This document shows, piece after piece, positions 55,455 through 64,000 of a DNA stretch of 64,000 nt; position 1 is the stretch's first letter; each line of letters opens with the position of its first letter. The stretch spans positions 2,033 through 66,032 of the forward strand of contig JBKHIY010000010.1 in assembly GCA_046538415.1 (NCBI GenBank), written 5' to 3'. A program made the translations under genes and the position numbers. The notes below the pieces were generated by a model. That model was given only the letters and a program-made list of their open reading frames with translations, was not told the origin of the DNA and searched no databases. The DNA comes from Candidatus Brocadiia bacterium. GTDB taxonomy: Bacteria > Planctomycetota > PUPC01 > DSUN01.

Positions 55455-55976
55455 CTAGCTTTCCCCTTGCTTCTCGGCGATGGCCTGGAGCACGGCGGCG
55501 ACGTTGCGCACCACGGCCTGGAGGGCGCCCACCAGCCCCGACAGGGGGGAGGCGATGGCGCCCACCGCCTGGGCGCGGAGAACGTCGAGGGAGGGCAGCT
55601 CGGCCAGGCGCTGGACCTCCTGGGCGGAGAGGGCCTTGCCCTCCACCACGCCGCCGCGCACCTTGAGCACGCGGGCCTTCCGGCTCCAGTCCATCACCCT
55701 CTTGCTGAGGGCCACGGGGTCGTCGCTGCCGGTGACGAAGGCGGTGGGCCCGTCGACCAGGGCGGCGACGTCGGGCAGCTCGAGCTGCTCCAGGGCGCGG
55801 ACGGCCAGGGAGTTCTTGACCACCATCATGGTGCCGCCGTGCTCGGCGAGCAGGGCGCGGAGTTCGTCCGCCTGGGGGGCGCTGAGGCCCGTGAAGTCGA
55901 CCACCACCGCGTGGGACAGGCCGCGGAAGCGCTGTGCCAGCTCTTCGGTCTGTAGCTTGTTAATGCGGCTGGGCAT
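55455..55976 (-). CDS. rplJ: 50S ribosomal protein L10
   Basis: DFTGL, VVKNSL, GPTA, LPS. Confidence 0.93.
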   Translation of the reverse strand: MPSRINKLQTEELAQRFRGLSHAVVVDFTGLSAPQADELRALLAEHGGTMMVVKNSLAVRALEQLELPDVAALVDGPTAFVTGSDDPVALSKRVMDWSRKARVLKVRGGVVEGKALSAQEVQRLAELPSLDVLRAQAVGAIASPLSGLVGALQAVVRNVAAVLQAIAEKQGES

Positions 55977-56001
55977 CCTGGGATCCTCTGTGCGATGGGG
56001 C

Positions 56002-56679
56002 CTACACGGCCAGGCTCACGCCGGGGCTCATGGTGGCGGACAGCGAGGCCCCCTGAATGTAGCGTCCCTTGGCCCCCGCGGGGCGGGCCTGGCGGATCTG
56101 CTCGAGGAAGGCCTGGATATTGGTCTTGAGGTCCTCCGGCTGGAAGGACTTCTTGCCCACGGGGACGTGGACGTTGCCTCCCCCATCGGCGCGGTATTCG
56201 ATCTTGCCGGCCTTGAATTCCTGGACCGCGGCCTCCACGTCGTCGGTCACCGTGCCGCTCTTGGGCGAGGGCATGAGCCCCTTGGGCCCGAGGATGCGGC
56301 CCAGGCGCCCCACCTGTCGCATCACGGCGGGGGTGGCGATGGCCACGTCGAAGTCCAGCCATCCGCCCTCGATGCGCTCGATGAGCTCCTGGCCTCCCGC
56401 GGCTTCGGCGCCGGCGGCCAGGGCCTGCTCGGCCTGCTCGCCCTCGGCGAAGACGACCACTCGCATGGTGCGCCCGATGCCCTTGGGCAGGGAGATGGTG
56501 CCGCGCACCGCCTGGTCGGGCTTCTTGGGGTCGATGCCCAGGTGGACGGCGAGCTCGACGGTTTCGTCGAAGCCGGTGCCGTCGAAGGCCTTCACGATGT
56601 CGATGGCCTCGTCCAAGGGGTAGTGCCTGGTGGGGTCGACTCGCTGCTGGTTCTGGCGGTAGCGTTTGCTGCGGTGCAT
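56002..56679 (-). CDS. rplA: 50S ribosomal protein L1
   Basis: FDETVE, LGIDP, LGPKGLMPSPKSGTV. Confidence 0.96.
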   Translation of the reverse strand: MHRSKRYRQNQQRVDPTRHYPLDEAIDIVKAFDGTGFDETVELAVHLGIDPKKPDQAVRGTISLPKGIGRTMRVVVFAEGEQAEQALAAGAEAAGGQELIERIEGGWLDFDVAIATPAVMRQVGRLGRILGPKGLMPSPKSGTVTDDVEAAVQEFKAGKIEYRADGGGNVHVPVGKKSFQPEDLKTNIQAFLEQIRQARPAGAKGRYIQGASLSATMSPGVSLAV

Positions 56680-56698
56680 CGTGGGGGCTTCCTGGGGT

Positions 56699-57127
56699 TT
56701 AGCCTTCTTCGATCTCGATGCCCATGCTGCGGGCGGTGCCTTCCACCTGACGCATGGCGGCCTCGATGTCGCGCGCGTTGAGGTCGGCGAACTTGGTGCG
56801 CGCGATGTCCTGGACCTGGCTGCGGCTCACCGAGCCCACTTTCTCGCGGTTGGGCTCGGGCGAGGCCTGGACGATGCCCGCGGCCTGCTTCAGCAGCACG
56901 GCCGCGGGGGGCGACTTGGTGATGAAGTCGAAGCTGCGGTCCTCGTAGATGGTGATCACCACGGGGGTGATCACCCCCTGGGCGTCGCGGGTCTGGGCGT
57001 TGAAGCGGTTGACGAACTCGCCGATGTTCACCCCGTGCTGGCCCAGAGCGGGGCCCACCGGCGGGGCCGGCGTGGCCTGGCCGCCGGGCACGTGGAGCTT
57101 GACCTTGGCCAGGACTCGCTTGGCCAT
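56699..57127 (-). CDS. rplK: 50S ribosomal protein L11
   Basis: [25 protein letters not shown]. Confidence 0.97.
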   Translation of the reverse strand: MAKRVLAKVKLHVPGGQATPAPPVGPALGQHGVNIGEFVNRFNAQTRDAQGVITPVVITIYEDRSFDFITKSPPAAVLLKQAAGIVQASPEPNREKVGSVSRSQVQDIARTKFADLNARDIEAAMRQVEGTARSMGIEIEEG

Positions 57128-57128
57128 T

Positions 57129-57659
57129 CTAGATGCTCTCCAGTTGCCAGTATTCGAGCTCCACGGGCGTGGGCCGCCCGAGGATGCTCACGATCACCCG
57201 CACCTGTCCTTTCTCCGGCCAGATCTCCTCGATCTCGCCGTCGAAGTTCTGGAACAGCCCTTCCTTGATCCGCACGCGGTCGCCCACGGAGAAGGTGATC
57301 TGGGTGGTGGGGGCTTCCTCCGTGCGCTCGGCTTCCATGAGCATCTTCTCCACGTCCTTCTCGGACATGGGGACCGGGGTGTTGCCCGTGCCCAGCAGGC
57401 CGCCTATGCCGGGGGTGTCGTTGATCACGCTGAGCGTATCGTCGTTGAGCTCCATCTCCACCATCACGTAGCCCGGGTAGATCTTGCGTTCCCGCACGGT
57501 GGTGGTGCCTCGCTTGATCTCCTTGACCTTTTCGGTGGGCACCACGACGTTGGAGATGGCGTCGTCGAGTCCTGCGGCACGCACCCGCTTCTCCAGGCTT
57601 TCCCGCACCTGGTCCTCGCGTGCCGTCTGCACTCGGAGCACGTACCACTTTTTGGCCAT
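57129..57659 (-). CDS. nusG: Transcription elongation factor NusG
   Basis: WYVL, YPGYV.VEM, KOW domain, GR.TPVELE. Confidence 0.96.
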   Translation of the reverse strand: MAKKWYVLRVQTAREDQVRESLEKRVRAAGLDDAISNVVVPTEKVKEIKRGTTTVRERKIYPGYVMVEMELNDDTLSVINDTPGIGGLLGTGNTPVPMSEKDVEKMLMEAERTEEAPTTQITFSVGDRVRIKEGLFQNFDGEIEEIWPEKGQVRVIVSILGRPTPVELEYWQLESI

Positions 57660-57686
57660 GGGCCGCGGTTTCTCCGCCCGGGGCGC

Positions 57687-58079
57687 TCAGTAGAGCCCCA
57701 GGAAATGGTTGAGCAAGGCCACCACGTAGTCGGTGACGAAGATGAACAGGGACAACAGGACCACCGTGACCACGACGATCACGGTGGAGCCCACCACCTG
57801 GTGGCGCGGCGACCAGGCGACTTTGCGCATCTCCTGCTGAGTCTCGATCAGCAGGTCCACCACCCCGCGGTGGAAGAGCACCAGGCACAGCGGCACCCCG
57901 CCGAAGAGCAGGGCCACCAGGGCCGTGAGGCCCCCGCGCAGGGGCACCGGCCAGGTGGGCGCGCCGTAGTACCACATCCGGTGCGCCGCCCAGGTGCCCA
58001 GGAGCACGGCCACCAACCCGGCGATGCCCCGGGCGGCGGTCCCCTGGCCCTTCTTGTACACGCTCACGGCCATGGGCAC
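57687..58079 (-). CDS. secE: Preprotein translocase SecE (3-TM type)
   Basis: ET..EMRKV.W followed by a TM helix; between tRNA-Trp and nusG; start may be ATG 58073. Confidence 0.88.
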   Translation of the reverse strand: MPMAVSVYKKGQGTAARGIAGLVAVLLGTWAAHRMWYYGAPTWPVPLRGGLTALVALLFGGVPLCLVLFHRGVVDLLIETQQEMRKVAWSPRHQVVGSTVIVVVTVVLLSLFIFVTDYVVALLNHFLGLY

Positions 58080-58208
58080 AGCCCTCTAGCAACCACGCCG
58101 GCGGGCCGCCGTGGCCCGCCGGGCCGCGTAACCGGGCGCAGCAAGCTGGACTGGGAGATGGGCCCCATGGGCATCGTCCGCGACCGCTCACCCCACACCC
58201 GCTCGCCG

Positions 58209-58285
58209 TGGCAGGCCTGGAGGGACTCGAACCCCCAGCCGCCGGATTTGGAATCCGGTGCTCTGCCCAATTGAGCTACAGGCCT
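58209..58285 (-). tRNA. tRNA-Trp(CCA)
   Basis: CCGGA-TT-CCA-AA-TCCGG anticodon arm, TTCGAGT loop, CCA end. Confidence 0.97.
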
Positions 58286-58296
58286 ACTCCCTGCGC

Positions 58297-58467
58297 CTAC
58301 TTGCGTCGCTCGCGATGTACCGTGTGGCGGCGCTGGCGCTTGCAGTACTTCTTGAGCTCCAGGCGCGGCGTGCCGCCTTTCACCCGCTTGCTGGTGCGGT
58401 AGTTTTGGCTCTTGCACTCCGTGCACTCGAGCGTCACGTAGTCTCGGGCCTGGGCTTTCTTGGCCAC
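58297..58467 (-). CDS. rpmG: 50S ribosomal protein L33
   Basis: Hand translation [49 protein letters not shown]. Confidence 0.93.
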   Translation of the reverse strand: MAKKAQARDYVTLECTECKSQNYRTSKRVKGGTPRLELKKYCKRQRRHTVHRERRK

Positions 58468-58471
58468 CGGC

Positions 58472-59665
<1,194 letters not shown>

Positions 59666-59744
59666 TCAGCCGTCTCCTTCACGAGAGTTGCAGCAACATG
59701 CCGCTACAGGCCAATGCCTTCTGGTGCCCGGGGTCGCGATGCCG

Positions 59745-59819
59745 TGGAGCTGGTGGCGGGATTTGAACCCGCGCCCTCCTCCTTACCAAGGAGGTGCTCT
59801 ACCTCTGAGCTACACCAGC
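59745..59819 (-). tRNA. tRNA-Thr(GGT)
   Basis: CCTCC-TT-GGT-AA-GGAGG anticodon arm; CCA end. Confidence 0.97.
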
Positions 59820-59851
59820 ACCTCCCGCCCAGACCACCGTATCTCCCTGGC

Positions 59852-59925
59852 TGGAGCGGGCGACGGGAGTCGAACCCGCACGACTGGCTTGGAAGGCCAG
59901 GGCTCTGCCGTTGAGCTACGCCCGC
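59852..59925 (-). tRNA. tRNA-Gly(TCC)
   Basis: CTGGC-CT-TCC-AA-GCCAG anticodon arm; CCA end. Confidence 0.97.
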
Positions 59926-59961
59926 CTCGCCCCCTGGCCATCGCGCTGTCCAATGTCTGAA

Positions 59962-60043
59962 TGGGGGGAGCAGGATTCGAACCTGCGAAGGCTGCGCCAG
60001 CAGATTTACAGTCTGCCCCCTTTGGCCACTTGGGTATCCCCCC
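59962..60043 (-). tRNA. tRNA-Tyr(GTA), CCA not encoded
   Basis: GCAGA-CT-GTA-AA-TCTGC anticodon arm; long variable arm. Confidence 0.96.
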
Positions 60044-60077
60044 ACCGGCGCGCGCCGGGCCCCCAGCCGCGCACGTG

Positions 60078-60150
60078 AGCTAGCGGTGGGAGTCGAACCC
60101 ACAACCTGTGGTTTACAAGACCACTGCTCTGCCGCTTGAGCTACGCTAGC
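60078..60150 (-). tRNA. tRNA-Thr(TGT), CCA not fully encoded
   Basis: GTGGT-CT-TGT-AA-ACCAC anticodon arm. Confidence 0.96.
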
Positions 60151-60163
60151 GCGTGAAAACTGT

Positions 60164-60191
60164 ATTATACTTGCAAGTTCCGTCATGTCAA
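60164..60191 (-). promoter_or_regulatory. sigma70 promoter of the tRNA-tuf-secE supercluster
   Basis: TTGACA-N16-TATAAT with an upstream AATTTCTTG tract. Confidence 0.9.
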
Positions 60192-60437
60192 CAAGAAATT
60201 GCTCCGAATCCCTTGGCCCTCCCGCCCCGTTCGCCCGTCCACGCCCCCGCGCCTGGTCCTGGGCCCCGAGCCCCGTGTCCCGCGCCCACCCCCGCCGCAC
60301 TCCCACCGCGTCCACAGAGCCCGGGGCAACATCATAAGCCGCTGCCACCTCGACACTTCCGCCCCTGATGCATCGTGGCCCCAGGCGCCTCCGCCGCTGG
60401 CGGCCCTGTGCTGGGACGGGCCCCGGGCCGGCGCGGC

Positions 60438-60466
60438 TTGCGCCGCCGCCGCCTCTTTGCTATACG
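60438..60466 (+). promoter_or_regulatory. Possible promoter of the GT39 gene pair
   Basis: TTGCGC-N17-TATACG with extended -10 TG. Confidence 0.35.
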
Positions 60467-60525
60467 TGGGCGGGAGCGAACGGGCTGCGACTTCAGGGTC
60501 CCACTGCGTGAGCACTCTCCCCCGC

Positions 60526-62193
60526 ATGGTCGGTCGGTTCCGGGACGTGGCCGCGGTCGTGACGGTCGCCGCCGTGCTGTGCGTTCCCTCGCTCTTCACA
60601 CGGGATCCCTGGAATCCCGACGAGCCGCGCTACCAGGAGGTGGCCCGCGAGATGGTCTCCCGGGGCGACTACCTGGTGCCGCACCTCAACGGCGAGCCCT
60701 ACTCGGACAAGCCGCCGGTGGCCTTCTGGCTCTCGGCGGCCCTGTGGCGTCTGGGCCTGGGCCTGAAGTCGGGCCGGGTCGTGGCGTTCCTGGCGACGGC
60801 CGGCACGCTGCTAGTCACCTATGCGCTGGGCCGGCGGCTCTACGGCTGGCGGGTGGGCCTCCTGGCGACCCTGATCACGGCCACCTGCGTGCTGTTCGCC
60901 TGGATCAGCAGGCTGGGCGTGCTGGACCCGCCGCTGACCTTCCTGGTGGTGGGGGCCATCGCCTGCTCGCTGCGCGCGTTCGAGGCCCGTCCTGGCCGCG
61001 CCGGCCCGTGGTGGCTGGGCTTCTACGCCCTGGTGGCGCTGGGTATCCTCACCAAGGGGCCTGTGGCCCTGGGCCTGGCCGGGGTGGTGGCCCTCAGCTA
61101 CGGCATGGCCCGGCGGAAGGTGGTGCGAGGCGGGGGGTGGTGGCACCTGGCGGGCGCGGCGCTCATGCTGGCCCTGGTAGGCGCTTGGGTCGGTCCTGCG
61201 GCGTGGCGGGGCGGCGAGGCCTACGCCAACGACCTGGTGGTGCGGCAGACTCTGCGGCGGCTGGCGGAGTCGGACAGTCACCGCGAGCCGCCCCACTTCT
61301 ACCTCAAGTATGCCATGGCCTGTTTCTTCCCCTGGTCGCTCGTTCTGGTGCTGGCTTTCCTCGCCGCGGTGCGCGACGCCCGGCGGGGCGAGGGCGGGAG
61401 CTGGCTGCCGGTGTTGTGGCTGGGCGTGGGCTTTCTCTTCTTCACGGCCTTCTCGAGCAAGCGGGAGCGCTACCTGCTGCCCCTGATGCCCGCCGCGGGG
61501 CTCCTGTGTGCCCGGTACGTGTGGATGGCGGCCCGGGAGGGTCCGCCGTGGCCCCGCTGGCATGCGGGCCTGTGGCGGGCGACCTTCGTGCTCCTGGTGG
61601 CGGCGGCGGGGGGGCTGGGCGCCGCGGCGCTGATGCCCGGGCAGGTGGCGCGGAAGTTCGCGGAGGACGCGCCGGCGGCGGCCGAGGTCCGCGAGGCCCT
61701 GGGGGGGGCCTTCTCCGTGCCCCTGCTGGCGGCGGCCGTGGCGATGGTCGCCGCCGGGCTCTACGGCCTGTGCTCGCGCCGCGGTGGCGAGCGTCGGCGC
61801 GTGGCCCTCGCCGCGGGCTTCATGCTGGTGCTCTCCCTGGTGGCCGACCTGGCCGTCACGCCGGCCGTCGACCGCTTCAAGTCGGGCAAGGACCTGGTGG
61901 AGGAGTCGGAACCCTACCTTCGGGACGCGCAGCGCCTCTACCTGCTGGGCGAGGACTACTCGGGGGTCTACAACCTCTACCTCCGCCGCGACCACATCCC
62001 CGTGCTGGCCGACGGGAAGGCCGCCTGGAAGGCCCTCGCCACAGCGCAGCGGGTGGCCGTCGTCGGCAGGAAGCGCCACTTCGGACGGACCCTCCACATG
62101 CGCGGAGCGCGGGCGGTGGCGGCGGAGCGGGTGGGCCACCGCGAGATGACCGTGATGGCGAACTGGAAGGCCGAGGCGACCTCCGCACCCTGA
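60526..62193 (+). CDS. ArnT/GT39-family membrane glycosyltransferase
   Basis: W.PDEPRY.E.AREM..GDY..PHLNG.PY.DKPP, LTKGP, FFPWS, KRERYLLP; start may be GTG 60508. Confidence 0.85.
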   Translation: MVGRFRDVAAVVTVAAVLCVPSLFTRDPWNPDEPRYQEVAREMVSRGDYLVPHLNGEPYSDKPPVAFWLSAALWRLGLGLKSGRVVAFLATAGTLLVTYALGRRLYGWRVGLLATLITATCVLFAWISRLGVLDPPLTFLVVGAIACSLRAFEARPGRAGPWWLGFYALVALGILTKGPVALGLAGVVALSYGMARRKVVRGGGWWHLAGAALMLALVGAWVGPAAWRGGEAYANDLVVRQTLRRLAESDSHREPPHFYLKYAMACFFPWSLVLVLAFLAAVRDARRGEGGSWLPVLWLGVGFLFFTAFSSKRERYLLPLMPAAGLLCARYVWMAAREGPPWPRWHAGLWRATFVLLVAAAGGLGAAALMPGQVARKFAEDAPAAAEVREALGGAFSVPLLAAAVAMVAAGLYGLCSRRGGERRRVALAAGFMLVLSLVADLAVTPAVDRFKSGKDLVEESEPYLRDAQRLYLLGEDYSGVYNLYLRRDHIPVLADGKAAWKALATAQRVAVVGRKRHFGRTLHMRGARAVAAERVGHREMTVMANWKAEATSAP

Positions 62194-62215
62194 GCGACCA
62201 GGAGAAAGGCCCACC

Positions 62216-63892
62216 GTGCACCGCCCGCTGCCCCGAGAGGCGAAGACCGTCCTGGCCCTCCTGGCCGCCTCGCTGGCCCTTCGTCTGGCCTTCGCCGCGT
62301 GGGCCGACGTGTTCCAGGACGAGGTGCTCTACTGGTGGCAGGGCCGCGAACCGGGGGTGGGCTTCAGCCCCCAGCCGCCGGTGGTGCCCCTCTCGGCCCG
62401 CGGCGCGGCGCTCCTGCTGGGCGACGGCACGGTGGCCCTGCGGCTGCCCTCCCTGGCCGCGGGCACGCTGGCCATCGCGGTGGCCTACCTGCTGGGGCGG
62501 GACATGTACGGCGGGCCCGGCGGGCTGTGGGCGGCGGCCCTGGTGGCCGCCTGCCCCCTGTTCGTGGCCCTGGGGGCGGTCTCCACCCCCGACGCGCCGC
62601 TCCTGGCTCTCTGGCTCCTGGCCATGTGGACGGCCTGGCGGGGGGCCAACGGAGGGTCCCTCGGCTGGTGGCTGGCCTGCGGGGCCACGGTGGCGCTGGG
62701 CCTCTACACGAAGTACATGATGGTCCTGGCCCTGCCCTGCGGCTTCCTGGCGTTGGCGGCGACGCCGCGGGGCCGGCGGCTCCTGCGGGGCTGGGGCCCC
62801 TGGCTGGCCGCGGGGGTGGCCACGGTGCTGTTCGTGCCCGTGTTCCTGGCGTGGAACCGGGCGAACGGCTGGGCGGCGATGCGCTACCACCTGTCCGCGC
62901 GACACGAATGGGAGTTCGAGTGGGACGTCGTGGGGCAGTACGTGGCGGGCCACGCGGGGGCCCTCTCGCCGGTGCTCTACGTGGGGGCTCTGGGCGCCCT
63001 GGTGGCGGCGTGGCGGGCGTGGCGGCGGCGGGGCGACTGGCGGGGAGCCTGGCTGCTGGCCTTCGGCGCCGTGCCCATCCTCTTCTTCCTGCCCCCCAGC
63101 GTGTTCACCAAGCACCGGATGATGCGCGTGCAGTGGGACGAGATGGGCTACGCGGTGGGAGCCGTGGGCCTGGGGGCCATGGCCGCGGGGGCGGAGCTCT
63201 CGACCCTGAGCCGGCGGGCCCGCCGGCGGCTGGGCGCCGCGGCGCTGGCGGTGGCGGTGTTCCTGACCGGCGGGCTGATGTCCGCGAGCTTCTGTCCTCC
63301 CCTGGCGGTCGCCGCGGGGACTCGTCCCCCGACGCTCAAGATGCTGGGCTGGCGCGAGCTGGCGGCCCGCGTGCGCCGGGAGGCGGCCCGGTGGGAGGAC
63401 GCCCGCGGCCCCTTCGTGGCCGGCGAATCCTTCGTCACCGCCCTCTGCCTCGCCTACCACCTGGACACCCGCGAGGGCATCTACGCCCTGCCCGACCACC
63501 GCAACGTCTACTACGGCCTCTTCGAGCAGCTCCGCGAGTGGGGAGTGAGCCAGTGGCACATGCGGCGCGACCGCGGGGGCCAGGACGCCATCTACGTGCA
63601 CGAGTACCGCCTGAGCGAGCCCATCGACGAGTCCCCGCCCAAGCACGCGGCGCGCTCGTTCCAGGAGGTGGAGCTGGTGGACGTCTTCGAGGTGGCCTAC
63701 CGGGGCGAGGTGGTGCGCCGCTTCGGCATCTACCGCTGCCGGGGCTGCCGCCCGCTCTTCGCGGACCCGCCGGCGCTGCTGCGGGCCCTCACGCCTCCAC
63801 CTCGCCTCCCTCCTCGGCGGCCCGGCGGAAGGCCTGGCCCAGCTCCCTCGCATACTCCTCGAAGCTCACCAGCTCCTGGGCCACGGCCTTGA
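62216..63892 (+). CDS. Second GT39/PMT-like membrane glycosyltransferase
   Basis: FQDE..YW, QPP, LRLPS, TPDAP, LGLYTKY, WN..NGW. Confidence 0.8.
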   Translation: MHRPLPREAKTVLALLAASLALRLAFAAWADVFQDEVLYWWQGREPGVGFSPQPPVVPLSARGAALLLGDGTVALRLPSLAAGTLAIAVAYLLGRDMYGGPGGLWAAALVAACPLFVALGAVSTPDAPLLALWLLAMWTAWRGANGGSLGWWLACGATVALGLYTKYMMVLALPCGFLALAATPRGRRLLRGWGPWLAAGVATVLFVPVFLAWNRANGWAAMRYHLSARHEWEFEWDVVGQYVAGHAGALSPVLYVGALGALVAAWRAWRRRGDWRGAWLLAFGAVPILFFLPPSVFTKHRMMRVQWDEMGYAVGAVGLGAMAAGAELSTLSRRARRRLGAAALAVAVFLTGGLMSASFCPPLAVAAGTRPPTLKMLGWRELAARVRREAARWEDARGPFVAGESFVTALCLAYHLDTREGIYALPDHRNVYYGLFEQLREWGVSQWHMRRDRGGQDAIYVHEYRLSEPIDESPPKHAARSFQEVELVDVFEVAYRGEVVRRFGIYRCRGCRPLFADPPALLRALTPPPRLPPRRPGGRPGPAPSHTPRSSPAPGPRP

Positions 63893-63998
63893 GGGTGGCG
63901 GCGCGGAAGCGCCCGTCGCGCACCACCTGGCGGCCGGCCTCCTTCGCCGCCGCGTAGACCCCGCCGTGCGAATCCCCCTTCGCCTCCCGGGCCAGCAG
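63789..63998 (-). CDS. C-terminal fragment of an unidentified protein entering from the right edge
   Basis: Open frame LLAREAKGDSHGGVY..ELVSFEEYARELGQAFRRAAEEGGEVEA* with G/C-ending codons. Confidence 0.55.
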   Translation of the reverse strand: MLAREAKGDSHGGVYAAAKEAGRQVVRDGRFRAATLKAVAQELVSFEEYARELGQAFRRAAEEGGEVEA

Positions 63999-64000
63999 GG

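Overview
A very GC-rich bacterial chromosome segment that is almost entirely core housekeeping. Lineage signatures point to Planctomycetota (inference): RpoA starts MRIRWRGFELP, SecE has 3 TM helices and YKKGQG, L17 carries an insertion, L30 is absent and tuf lies outside the str operon. Left to right: partial pncB (-); a GT-C-like membrane protein and a B12-dependent radical SAM enzyme (+); a 16-gene + strand run (prs-rplY-pth-rpsF-ssb-rpsR-rplI-dnaB-bamA-skp-lpxD-lpxC/fabZ-lpxA-gnnA-like-lpxB-GT-C); nupC (-); a ~38 kb uninterrupted - strand translation/transcription supercluster (tRNA-Thr-Tyr-Gly-Thr, tuf, rpmG, tRNA-Trp, secE, nusG, rplKAJL, rpoBC, rpsLG, fusA, S10/spc/alpha operons, tRNA-Val, thrS, infC, rpmI, rplT, pheS, M16 peptidase, DUF374); and two ArnT/GT39-like genes (+). 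I found no mobile elements, CRISPR, rRNA or prophage, and no clear-cut new multi-gene system. The best leads are an atypical lipid A and envelope-modification pathway (GnnA-like, LpxJ-like, four GT-C proteins, B12 radical SAM), a divergent str-operon EF-G preceded by a long hairpin, an SSB-tail-like C-terminus on DnaB, an M16 peptidase where pheT usually sits, long acidic ribosomal-protein extensions, and a structured intergenic element upstream of prs. All calls come from motif recognition; no database searches were run.
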